From positions 12,482 to 44,481 of the forward strand of contig CAYOTZ010000001.1 of the NCBI GenBank assembly GCA_964407035.1: DNA of 32,000 nucleotides, in the 5' to 3' direction. The position numbers and the translations under genes are program-made. The stretch is from an uncultured Methanosarcinales archaeon (GTDB taxonomy: Archaea; Nanobdellota; Nanobdellia; Woesearchaeales; B29-G15). Shown here one piece after another: positions 16,912 through 24,851 of this stretch. The notes beneath the pieces were generated by a model. It saw only the letters and a list, made by a program, of their open reading frames with translations. It was not told the DNA's origin and ran no database searches. Positions within the stretch are counted from its first letter, which is position 1, and each line of letters starts with the position of its first letter.

Positions 16912-17026
16912 TGGAACGGCCATAGCGACCTGGATATACCCGATCCCATTCCGAACTCGGAAGTCAAGCAGGCTCGCGTTCTGGTAAGTACTGTGCTGTG
17001 CACGGGAACTCCAGATCGCTGTTCCA
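16912..17026 (+). rRNA. rrf: 5S ribosomal RNA
   Basis: The sequence TGGAACGGCCATAGCGACCTGGATATACCCGATCCCATTCCGAACTCGGAAGTCAAGCAGGCTCGCGTTCTGGTAAGTACTGTGC...GCTGTTCCA contains the conserved 5S core (GCCATAGCG...CCCGATCCCATTCCGAACTCGGAAGT.AAGC). The terminal helix TGGAACGGC/GCTGTTCCA pairs. A T-rich tract follows. Confidence 0.9.
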
Positions 17027-17070
17027 TCTTATTATCCTCTTTTCTCAGAAAAAAATAAATATGATTAATA

Positions 17071-17604
17071 GTGCCTAACCCAAGCATGTTCATTCGCACA
17101 AAGAATATCAATAGTAACCACTACGCCTATATTGTAAAGAATTTCTGGACAGACCAGGGCCCAAGACAAAAGGTCGTGGGTTATGCAGGGAAAATGGTTC
17201 GTTTAAATCCGATAAGAGAGGTAGAGCTAAAAGAGTTGACTGGGATAAAACCAGAGGTGTTTTTCAAGAATAACAGCTGGGAAGAAATTGCAGAGCTGCT
17301 CATAGTAAGAGAATTACTAAGGCACGGCTTCAGCAAGAAATTCAGCAAGAAAGAAACTCTATTAGTTTTAGACAGCATAACAGTGGACATAAGTAAAAGG
17401 AAGGTAAGGCAGGGAAAAAAGAGAGTGGCTTTAGCGATGAATGAGGGTTATCTCTGCGATTGGAGCTTGGAAGAATTGCTAAAGTTGAGCAAAACAAAAC
17501 ATCCTAAACCAGAGAAGGTAGCTAGCATAATACTGGAGAGCGGTTTGAAGATAGAAAAAACAAACTTTGTTTTAGCTTACAAAAAACTCACAGCTCAACT
17601 GTAA
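17071..17604 (+). CDS. Hypothetical protein (177 aa)
   Basis: ORF only; basic, with no family recognised. The start is uncertain: GTG at 17071 or ATG at 17086 (MFIRTKN). N-terminal motif HYAYIVKNFWTDQGPRQKVVGYAGK. Confidence 0.5.
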   Translation: MPNPSMFIRTKNINSNHYAYIVKNFWTDQGPRQKVVGYAGKMVRLNPIREVELKELTGIKPEVFFKNNSWEEIAELLIVRELLRHGFSKKFSKKETLLVLDSITVDISKRKVRQGKKRVALAMNEGYLCDWSLEELLKLSKTKHPKPEKVASIILESGLKIEKTNFVLAYKKLTAQL

Positions 17605-18658
17605 AACTCTTTTGTTTCTTATTAACCTTAACTACCCCAGGTTGGCGTTCCAGCCAAGTATATGCAGCTTTCCATCCTTGTTTCATTGCAATATCTTTTG
17701 CTTTTGAGATTAGTGAGGACAAAAGCTCATAGTTCTCATAGATAAGCTCGCCCTTTCTTCTGTCCTCTTCCACAGACGACTCAAGCTCTTTTATGTGCTG
17801 TTTCTGTAGGTTTAGCACACGCTTGAGCTTCTCGCTTTCACCATTATGTTGCTTCACTTTATATTTTAGCAGGCAAAACTCTATCATACTGCTCAAACTG
17901 TTGAAACCTTTCTGTTCAAATTGAGAGAGAGTGACAAGCTGATAAGAGCTTAGGAAGAACGGTTGCTCTGTCTTAATGTAAAGCGTGGGGTTGGTTGGTT
18001 GGTTTATGAAAGATTTAAGTTCAGTATAAAGTTTTTTAGCATCAACAGCTGCTGCTTTAAGCCCTTGTTCGTATCCTGCCCTCCTGCATATTTCCTCTGC
18101 GTAAATCCCCCCTAAACCGAGCTGAACAGCAAGCAGCTTTGCAATTTTCTCTTTTTTGTTATCATTAACAAGCTGCTTGAACTCTCCAAAAGTTAACATA
18201 AAGCCGAGATTGAATGGAGGCTCGGTATAAGGCAACCCGCGCTTTAATTCCCTTGACTGCCATTTCTGCGTTGAGTAGAGTGTCTTTATAATACCATTAG
18301 AATCAACCAACAGCAGATTGCCTTTGCTGAACAGCTCAATTATCAGCTGGAATTTGTCCAATTTATGAAGAGTGAGTTTTATTATTCTCTCGCAAGCGAC
18401 TTGACCAACACGCATGACTTTGGCATTTGCGATGTGTTTGCGAAGAGACATGGCAAAGTTCGTAGCTTGAGGAGTTGCATACTTAAGCTTGTCAGATAAA
18501 AAAATCAAGCCTGGAAGCACAATATTGAGATTGAGAGAGTTAGAGCATTTGAAAGTGAAGCTGCTGTCAAGCTGGTAAATCTTTGTAATCCTTTTACCAA
18601 CCAGCTGTTGAAGTTCATTAACTATATTGGTAATGTCAAGTGAGGTCAGCTGTAGCAT
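17588..18658 (-). CDS. NFACT-family (FbpA/Rqc2-like) protein: N-terminal and HhH portion only
   Basis: 356 aa. MLQLTSLDITNIVNELQQLVGKRITKIYQ matches the NFACT-N start. LAVQLGLGGIYAEEICRRAGYE is the HhH motif. A coiled coil follows and then a stop, so no NFACT-R/DUF814 region is present. Confidence 0.75.
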   Translation of the reverse strand: MLQLTSLDITNIVNELQQLVGKRITKIYQLDSSFTFKCSNSLNLNIVLPGLIFLSDKLKYATPQATNFAMSLRKHIANAKVMRVGQVACERIIKLTLHKLDKFQLIIELFSKGNLLLVDSNGIIKTLYSTQKWQSRELKRGLPYTEPPFNLGFMLTFGEFKQLVNDNKKEKIAKLLAVQLGLGGIYAEEICRRAGYEQGLKAAAVDAKKLYTELKSFINQPTNPTLYIKTEQPFFLSSYQLVTLSQFEQKGFNSLSSMIEFCLLKYKVKQHNGESEKLKRVLNLQKQHIKELESSVEEDRRKGELIYENYELLSSLISKAKDIAMKQGWKAAYTWLERQPGVVKVNKKQKSFTVEL

Positions 18659-18716
18659 AAACAGAAAGATGGAGCTGGGATTTAAAAAGCTTTACAAAGA
18701 GTGGCAGACAAAAGAT

Positions 18717-18724
18717 TTTTATAA
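18717..18724 (+). promoter_or_regulatory. TATA-box-like element for the coiled-coil/wHTH gene
   Basis: ttttataa is centred about 26 nt upstream of the ATG at 18747. A second box (ctttttaaat on the minus strand, about 18680-18690) sits about 25-30 nt upstream of the divergent NFACT start. Confidence 0.4.
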
Positions 18725-18746
18725 TCGTGAGCATAGCAGTTCAAAC

Positions 18747-19352
18747 ATGGGGTTTTTGTTCAATAAAAAGAATAAGCTACATTCTGTATTTAACAAAATA
18801 AAACAGGACATAGCCAATATAAGTGGCTGGATTAATTATCTCAAGAACAACCACGAAGTGCTGGAGCATAAGCACTGGTATCATGTGGAAAGAACAAAGA
18901 AGCAATCAGAGGTGCTACACAACAGGATTAATGAGCTAAAAAAGGAGAACGAACAGCTAAGAAAGGATTTCTTTTTGATGATGGATTACATAAAACTGCT
19001 GCACAATGAATTTAAGCAGCTAAAAACAGCCCAGCAAACAGCAGATGCCACACTCAGTGATAACTACCAACCAATAGAACCTATCATAAGCAGAGAAAGT
19101 AGGGAAGTGATAATCAAGCAAGAGGGGTTGACAAAAGCCGAGAGAGCTCTGGTAGCATTACTGCACAACTCTAAAGAACCAATGACATACAAGCAACTCT
19201 CTGAGTTGACCGGGCTTAGTTACGGCACCCTTAAGAACAGAATGGCAAGCATAAAGGGGAAGGGCATCAATGTTCTCTACAAGATAAACGATAAAGGAGA
19301 GCGCATCTTCTTCTTGCCTGAAGAGGAAAAGATAAGGGTATCTGGCAGGTAA
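18747..19352 (+). CDS. Coiled-coil protein with a C-terminal winged-HTH-like domain
   Basis: The track ORF starts at 18627, but that overlaps the divergent NFACT start by 32 nt. The ATG at 18747 (MGFLFNKKNK) has proper TATA spacing. The C-terminus LTKAERALVALLHNSKEPMTYKQLSELTGLSYGTLKNRMASIKGKG is HTH-like. Confidence 0.6.
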   Translation: MGFLFNKKNKLHSVFNKIKQDIANISGWINYLKNNHEVLEHKHWYHVERTKKQSEVLHNRINELKKENEQLRKDFFLMMDYIKLLHNEFKQLKTAQQTADATLSDNYQPIEPIISRESREVIIKQEGLTKAERALVALLHNSKEPMTYKQLSELTGLSYGTLKNRMASIKGKGINVLYKINDKGERIFFLPEEEKIRVSGR

Positions 19353-19404
19353 TTCCCCAGCGTTGACTTTAGTTTGACGCTCGGTGGAACAAACAATGGG
19401 GCTG

Positions 19405-19506
19405 TGTAATGTGTGTCATGCTTTTCGTGTCACAAAAAGATTACATAAGACGAGAAGTATGTAATGTAATAGCTACATGTAATAAGTGACACACATTACA
19501 TGACAC
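19405..19506. repeat. Motif-dense region: a perfect 14-bp inverted repeat plus reiterated GTGTCAY and TGTAAT motifs
   Basis: tgtaatgtgtgtca (19405-19418) is the exact reverse complement of tgacacacattaca (19487-19500). GTGTCAY occurs at 19413 and 19427 on the plus strand, and as its complement at 19486 and 19500. (A)TGTAAT is reiterated at 19405, 19460, 19465 and 19478. Confidence 0.7.
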
Positions 19507-19515
19507 CTAACGCAG

Positions 19516-20586
19516 CTATTTGCTATAAGGAATACCGATTTTAGACTGCTCCAACCCCAGCGGGAAATCTGGCACAATTCTAACAAGTGTCTCCACTTTG
19601 GGTTCTGTACCCGGGAACACGCCAGAGCTTATTTTGCGGCATATGGTTGAGTAATCTTCGGTTGATAGGTAAGCCTCGTTGCTCAAGAAGAGAAGATTTG
19701 CAGTTGTTTCGTAATCTGACAACTCAACAGAGCGAATAACATTATCTTCTACTGGCAGAAGAGCAGTAGCTTTCTCGTTTATACCTTGAAGAATGTTAAA
19801 TAGGGTTTCACACCATTTTCTGTAGTTTGGTTTAACTCGTGAAGAGCCAACAACCTGCAGAGCAAGCTTATCTTGCCAGCCAATTGTCGCTTTTGTTGCC
19901 TTACCTTGTATTGGTTTGCCGACACTTTTCTTTTTGTAATCTTCAAATGGTTTAATAATACGCTGAGTTATCAATTCGCTCTGTTCTAGCAAAATGTAAA
20001 AAGAGAGTGCGTTCTCAGGTGTTAAATCAAAGAGCTGGTTTACAAGGGATACCCTAAGGTAACCCTCACTGTATCTTTGTTTTAGCTTTTTCTCAGGGAC
20101 ATGAATGTTACTCAAATTAAGTTTTCTGCTAATGTGCTCTCTCGTAACGAACTCCTCTAAACTCTCATACAGATTCAGTAGAGTAGGTAACCTTATGTAA
20201 TACTTATTTTCATTCAGCACAAAACTCTTAACAGTATCTTTGAGATAGCTGTTGAGCATAATGCCTGCCTGAACAAACCTCTCTGATAGCCACAACCAGC
20301 GCTCCTTGTGAGCAGTTGTTGTGCGCTTTCGCTTTGGTATCGTGATTTTTATATTTCCTAAATCCAACTCCTGCTCCCGAGTGGTTAAATAATACATATT
20401 CACAGAGTGGCGAAAGCTGTCGCAAAGTCCATCATACAGCTTTAACCTATGCTCTGCCTCAAGTATCTTCTCTTCCAGCTCTGAGCCGAGCACACCAGGG
20501 GACTCTGGTAGCTTTAATTCTTCAAAATCAGGGTATATATCTATCTCCAAAAAACCTTTATTTAGCTTAACCATGCATACTTTCAA
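19516..20586 (-). CDS. Hypothetical protein (356 aa), no recognisable family
   Basis: A long uninterrupted ORF with typical codon composition. It has no TM segments and no motif I recognise. Confidence 0.6.
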   Translation of the reverse strand: MKVCMVKLNKGFLEIDIYPDFEELKLPESPGVLGSELEEKILEAEHRLKLYDGLCDSFRHSVNMYYLTTREQELDLGNIKITIPKRKRTTTAHKERWLWLSERFVQAGIMLNSYLKDTVKSFVLNENKYYIRLPTLLNLYESLEEFVTREHISRKLNLSNIHVPEKKLKQRYSEGYLRVSLVNQLFDLTPENALSFYILLEQSELITQRIIKPFEDYKKKSVGKPIQGKATKATIGWQDKLALQVVGSSRVKPNYRKWCETLFNILQGINEKATALLPVEDNVIRSVELSDYETTANLLFLSNEAYLSTEDYSTICRKISSGVFPGTEPKVETLVRIVPDFPLGLEQSKIGIPYSK

Positions 20587-20639
20587 GTAAAGCAGACTTT
20601 TAAATATTATCCGATAGATTTAAAAATTACTTCAATAGA

Positions 20640-21650
20640 GTGGTGATAGTGGAGATTGAACAGGCGCTTGTTATTCACTGCAAGCTATCTGGCCCGAGAA
20701 ATATTAAGGAGAATATTAGGGCAGTTAAACAACCACTTATAGAGTTACTTAACAAGCATGGTCTACACATTAGGTATGTTGACCGCATGCTGCCTTATGA
20801 TGCAGTAAAAACATTTGCTGCGGATGATATGCTGATAGTTATTCTGGGCGGCGATAGTGCCAATAAATACACCATCCAGGCACTCTGCGAATCTAACTTA
20901 GCCCGAAAAGTGGTTCTTGCTGGATTCAGATTCGGCAGCGGTAATGACTTTCTCAGCATGTTGAACATAAACTCAAACAGGGACGCATTCACAGCATTAA
21001 GGGGATTCTTAGCAAACCCGGAGAGATACTCAAAAAGAATCGATTTACTTCAGGTTAGCTTGCCAGATTACCAGTGTATAGAATACGCTGGGTTTATGGC
21101 TGGTTTTGGTATTAGCGCTGCTATATCGCACAGAACAAGCAATTTTATGAAGAGATGTCTGCCTGGCAAAGTGGCTTACAGGATGGCTGTGAACAAGGTG
21201 CTTTTGTTGGACTATATTAAACTCAGCTCTGAAGTAACAGTTTTAAGTGATGAAGGAAAAACACTTGAGGATAACTTAATATCCCTTATGGTAACAAATG
21301 GTAAGTATGCTGGCGCAGGCATGCAACCAGTGCCATGGTCTGTTCCCTGGGACGGCACAGCAGAGGTATTTGCAGTTAACTATATTAACCCAGTGAGATT
21401 AAACTTTATATTTAACAGGGTGTACGATGGTAGTCATACAGAGCTGGAGGAGTGCCACTTCATCTCAGGTAGGCAATTTACTATAATGCTAAAACCAGGG
21501 TTGCTACTCCAGTTAGACGGCGAAGTAATTAAAAAAGAAAAGCAGGCACTAAGGGTAGAAAAGGCAGAAATTGAAGTGCTTGAAAGTTTGCTCAACTCTG
21601 TTTATTTACCGGTTGAAGAGGTAGCTGAGAATGACTCTGCAGCTGGATGA
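20640..21650 (+). CDS. Diacylglycerol-kinase-catalytic-domain (DAGK_cat/YegS-like) lipid kinase family protein
   Basis: 336 aa. LIVILGGDSANKYTIQAL (compare GGDGT) and FRFGSGNDFLSML (compare P.GTGNDFAR). GTG start. Confidence 0.7.
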   Translation: MVIVEIEQALVIHCKLSGPRNIKENIRAVKQPLIELLNKHGLHIRYVDRMLPYDAVKTFAADDMLIVILGGDSANKYTIQALCESNLARKVVLAGFRFGSGNDFLSMLNINSNRDAFTALRGFLANPERYSKRIDLLQVSLPDYQCIEYAGFMAGFGISAAISHRTSNFMKRCLPGKVAYRMAVNKVLLLDYIKLSSEVTVLSDEGKTLEDNLISLMVTNGKYAGAGMQPVPWSVPWDGTAEVFAVNYINPVRLNFIFNRVYDGSHTELEECHFISGRQFTIMLKPGLLLQLDGEVIKKEKQALRVEKAEIEVLESLLNSVYLPVEEVAENDSAAG

Positions 21651-22686
21651 GATAACAAAGTTAGCAGTAAAACTTATTAGATTTAGAACTGTTTCTGGCA
21701 GGCATAGGGAAGCTGAAACCTGCTTTAGATTCATAAAGGACTATCTAAGAAATAGGAAGATAGTATTTAGGCACTATGTTTCCAATAGTTTCCATAGTAT
21801 AGTAATCAGTCAGGGTAGAGAGTTACACAAGAGATACGCATTGCTTGGTCATATAGATGTCGTGCCTGCCCCGGCGTGTATGTTCAAACCTGTTATTAAG
21901 AATGGCTTGCTTTACGGTAGAGGAGCAATAGACATGAAGAGCCAGATAGCTGTTATGCTTTATCTCTTCAAGCACAACCTACCAGACAACACTGCCTTAT
22001 GGTTAACCTCAGATGAAGAGCTGGGCGGTGAGAATGGCGTAAAAGAGATACTAAGGCAAGGGCATGGTGCTGATTTTTTTATTGCGCCAGATGGCGGTGA
22101 CAACTTCAAGCTAATAACAAGGGAGAAAGGGCTTATGTGGATAAAGATTACTGAAAAGGGCAAATCAGGGCATGCAAGCAGGCCCTGGGAAGGGGAAAAT
22201 GCCATAGAGAAACTCATTACCAAGTTGAACAGCTTATCCAAATTTTTCCCTAGTGACAACAAAGACAAATGGGTCAATACAATGAGCATAGGTGTAATAA
22301 AGGGAGGAAGTGTTGCCAATAAGATACCAGAGAAAGCAGAAGCCATAGTTGATATACGCTTCACAACAAACTCTGAGCAGATCCTTAAAGAGCTAAGCAG
22401 AATAACAGATTTTAAACTCATAAAGCTGGGTGAAGTGTTTGAAACTGATGAGAGCAACAAGGATGTGAAAAGATTGGCGGCTACGATGGAGAGCGTGTTG
22501 GGCAAGAAAATAGGATGCTGTTACGAACACGGCGCCTCTGATGCGAGACACCTGGCAGAGAAAGGCATCCCTTGTGCTTTATTTAACCCAGAGGGTGGTG
22601 GTGCTCATACAAAAGAAGAGTATGTTCGCTTGAAATCATTAGAGCCCTCTTACAGAATACTAAAGCAGTATTTAACTGGTGGTTAA
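21631..22686 (+). CDS. M20-family metallopeptidase/deacylase (ArgE/DapE-like)
   Basis: 351 aa. LLGHIDVVPA, TSDEELGGENG, GKSGHASRPWEGENAI, HGASDARH. The start overlaps the upstream gene by 20 nt. Confidence 0.85.
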   Translation: MTLQLDEITKLAVKLIRFRTVSGRHREAETCFRFIKDYLRNRKIVFRHYVSNSFHSIVISQGRELHKRYALLGHIDVVPAPACMFKPVIKNGLLYGRGAIDMKSQIAVMLYLFKHNLPDNTALWLTSDEELGGENGVKEILRQGHGADFFIAPDGGDNFKLITREKGLMWIKITEKGKSGHASRPWEGENAIEKLITKLNSLSKFFPSDNKDKWVNTMSIGVIKGGSVANKIPEKAEAIVDIRFTTNSEQILKELSRITDFKLIKLGEVFETDESNKDVKRLAATMESVLGKKIGCCYEHGASDARHLAEKGIPCALFNPEGGGAHTKEEYVRLKSLEPSYRILKQYLTGG

Positions 22687-22687
22687 A

Positions 22688-23380
22688 ATGTGCTCAGTTT
22701 ACTGGCGGCAGCATGTCAGCCTGATGATTAGATTCGCAGAGAAAGAATTACAAAAATTAGAAGAGCTAATCTATAGAATGGACAGGGATAGTTTAAAGAC
22801 CAAACTCAACTTTCTTAACCATCTAAGAGTCAAGCTCTACTATAAGTATATAGAAACAGGCCATTATGGTCTAGCTTACGAGATAGGAAAAATGGCGTAT
22901 ATGACAGCGGTCGCATACAACCTACTGGGAAAAAAAGAGCTAATAAAACCAGCACTAGTGACCGCAATTAACAATCTTGAAATTGCAGCTGCTGACGCAG
23001 AGGAAGCACTTGACTTTGGCATAGCAGATGTAATAGACCCTTTTGAAATTCACAAAAACTCATTGTATTATATGGGTTGTGTGCATCTCAAACTTGCCAC
23101 CCTCAGCGAGTTGGCTTCTCAAACAGCAACAGAACTCACCCTTGCAGAGAGCTGTTTTGAAGAACTCTTTAACTACCACCTACTACCAGAGTCAATGTAT
23201 GCAGTTATCATTAAACTGAGTGACTTGTACATATTAAAGGGGAATCTGGGTAATGCGAGATACTGCCTTGAGACAGCCAAAGAATTAATATTAGAATTAC
23301 CAAGAGATGAGAGGGCTGAAAAGGAATATACAATAAAAGCAAGAAAATTCAAGCTTGAGGACATAATCAAAATGAATTAA
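22688..23380 (+). CDS. Hypothetical all-helical (TPR-like) protein
   Basis: ORF only. The track start at 22679 is a non-ATG codon inside the M20 stop region; the ATG at 22688 is preferred. The sequence pattern is helical-repeat-like. Confidence 0.5.
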   Translation: MCSVYWRQHVSLMIRFAEKELQKLEELIYRMDRDSLKTKLNFLNHLRVKLYYKYIETGHYGLAYEIGKMAYMTAVAYNLLGKKELIKPALVTAINNLEIAAADAEEALDFGIADVIDPFEIHKNSLYYMGCVHLKLATLSELASQTATELTLAESCFEELFNYHLLPESMYAVIIKLSDLYILKGNLGNARYCLETAKELILELPRDERAEKEYTIKARKFKLEDIIKMN

Positions 23381-23382
23381 AG

Positions 23383-24216
23383 ATGGATATTGCTGTAATT
23401 GTTGTATTTATTGCTAACCTTATTGCCTATCTTCTTTTTGCAAGAAAGGGGCTTGCGAATAAAGCACTAAGAGGGTTATGGCTTGTCTTTATGTTGGCGC
23501 TTCTGTTGAGATTATGGTTGCCTATCCATGCGCATATTGTCTACACAGACGAAATAGAGCACATGAGTTATGCTAAACAATTGTTAACTGAACACAGTGC
23601 GAATGGCTATTCGAGACAATCTGCTTGGCCCATAATACTCGCTCTTGCCTTCGCTTTAACACTCTTTTTTATGCTGCACCTGCTCACTGCCTATTTTCAG
23701 GACAGACTGTTCTTAAAGATATACGCAATACTGATACTTCTGGCAGCAATAGGAAGCTTAGAGATACCAAAAATGTTCAGGCATTCCAGTTATCTTAATA
23801 CTCTACCATTTGTTTTAGTGCTTGTGTTTGCTATTACCACCCCTACTGCCAGAGCAATGTTCAGCTCTAGGGAGTTGATTTTGGAGACAGAGCTGGTCAA
23901 CCGCCTTAGTAACTATATACCAGAGAGATGTAGCTTGATAATGAACCAGCCAGTTATAGCACACTTTGCTGGCTTGGAAGCGTTCGATACAGAAGGGCTG
24001 CTGAAAGACAGGAAATTCAGAGAGTGGCTGTTCAACCACAGGGCTTGTGTTTTGTTCTTAGAGGATTACACCTGCACAGTTCGCTGGCCATTCAAAGAAC
24101 GAGATTTCTGTGGGCTTGTAAAAAAGAATTTCGGTCCGAGCAGATTCGCAGATATATGCACTAAAGGCTTTTGCTACAGTATTTACAAACTCAGAGGATT
24201 TCAACAGCAAAATTAA
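23383..24216 (+). CDS. Integral membrane protein (about 5 TM helices) with a Cys-containing C-terminal domain
   Basis: Multiple hydrophobic helices. The first-loop motif HIVYTDEIEHMSYAKQLL is faintly reminiscent of GT-C glycosyltransferases, but the protein is much shorter than those. Confidence 0.55.
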   Translation: MDIAVIVVFIANLIAYLLFARKGLANKALRGLWLVFMLALLLRLWLPIHAHIVYTDEIEHMSYAKQLLTEHSANGYSRQSAWPIILALAFALTLFFMLHLLTAYFQDRLFLKIYAILILLAAIGSLEIPKMFRHSSYLNTLPFVLVLVFAITTPTARAMFSSRELILETELVNRLSNYIPERCSLIMNQPVIAHFAGLEAFDTEGLLKDRKFREWLFNHRACVLFLEDYTCTVRWPFKERDFCGLVKKNFGPSRFADICTKGFCYSIYKLRGFQQQN

Positions 24217-24655
24217 AGTGAACACTAACCAAATCGCCCGGCTTGGCGTTTGGTGTCATAACACCAACCACTTTGACTGCTCTGCCATTTATCTCAACTT
24301 CCAGATAGCTGCCCCTGTTTGCTATTACCTTTGCCTTGTACACCCTGCATAACTTTTTGAAGCTCGCTGTAGCTCTGCTGTAGCTACCGTCGCCGCTGTC
24401 AATGAATGTGTTATGGTGCACTATGAAGTATTCACGCACCCTATCCTCACTCCAGAAGTTATCACCGTAAATCTGCTTCATTCGCCTAAACGCCTCTTTG
24501 AATATCCCTTCAAGTTGCTCTCTGGTAAACTCTTTGTTATTGCTCACTGCCTGCTTTATCATATCAAGCTGCTGCTTTGTTATGCTGCCCTTTTCAAACA
24601 GCGCACTGGCACAGGGGTAGGCGTATTTCAAGAATAAAAGCTCGGCGTTACCCAT
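24191..24655 (-). CDS. Two-domain protein: uncharacterised helical N-domain plus a HypC/HupF-like OB-fold C-domain with an internal Cys
   Basis: Residues ~102-154, LCRVYKAKVIANRGSYLEVEINGRAVKVVGVMTPNAKPGDLVSVHFNFAVEIL, align without gaps to the adjacent HypC sequence MCFAIPGKVVKVEKDKATVDYFGEERIADVSIINCKPGDYVIVSGGFVVEQV. There is an 8-nt overlap with the hypC stop. Confidence 0.7.
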   Translation of the reverse strand: MGNAELLFLKYAYPCASALFEKGSITKQQLDMIKQAVSNNKEFTREQLEGIFKEAFRRMKQIYGDNFWSEDRVREYFIVHHNTFIDSGDGSYSRATASFKKLCRVYKAKVIANRGSYLEVEINGRAVKVVGVMTPNAKPGDLVSVHFNFAVEIL

Positions 24656-24851
24656 TTTTCAAACTGTTAAGCATAGCCTCTGCTTCCTGCTTTGGCACCT
24701 GCTCAACAACAAACCCGCCACTAACAATTACATAATCCCCTGGCTTGCAATTAATTATAGAAACATCTGCTATCCTCTCTTCGCCAAAGTAATCCACAGT
24801 GGCTTTATCCTTCTCTACCTTGACAACTTTGCCAGGGATAGCAAAGCACAC
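24648..24851 (-). CDS. hypC: [NiFe]-hydrogenase maturation chaperone HypC
   Basis: 67 aa. N-terminal MC(F/L)AIPGKV, then PGDYVIVSGGF. Confidence 0.9.
   Translation of the reverse strand: MCFAIPGKVVKVEKDKATVDYFGEERIADVSIINCKPGDYVIVSGGFVVEQVPKQEAEAMLNSLKNG

Noticed and set aside
16878-17111. 77-aa minus-strand ORF
   Set aside because: It lies antisense across the 5S rRNA gene, so it is an artefact of the structured RNA sequence.
19376-19400. Origin-recognition-box-like sequence (ctcggtggaacaaacaatgggg, reminiscent of mini-ORB TCCAGTGGAAAC followed by a G-string)
   Set aside because: Only a single imperfect copy is present. There is no inverted partner, no adjacent orc1/cdc6 gene and no obvious long AT-rich unwinding element, so the evidence is too weak to call an origin.
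21960-22505. 181-aa minus-strand ORF, and similar antisense ORFs at 14742-15161, 13108-13548, 29871-30263, 25009-25477, 26149-26394 and 31419-31661
   Set aside because: All lie fully inside, and antisense to, genes with strong family signatures. Their translations are low-complexity (Ser/Leu/Pro-rich) with no motifs.
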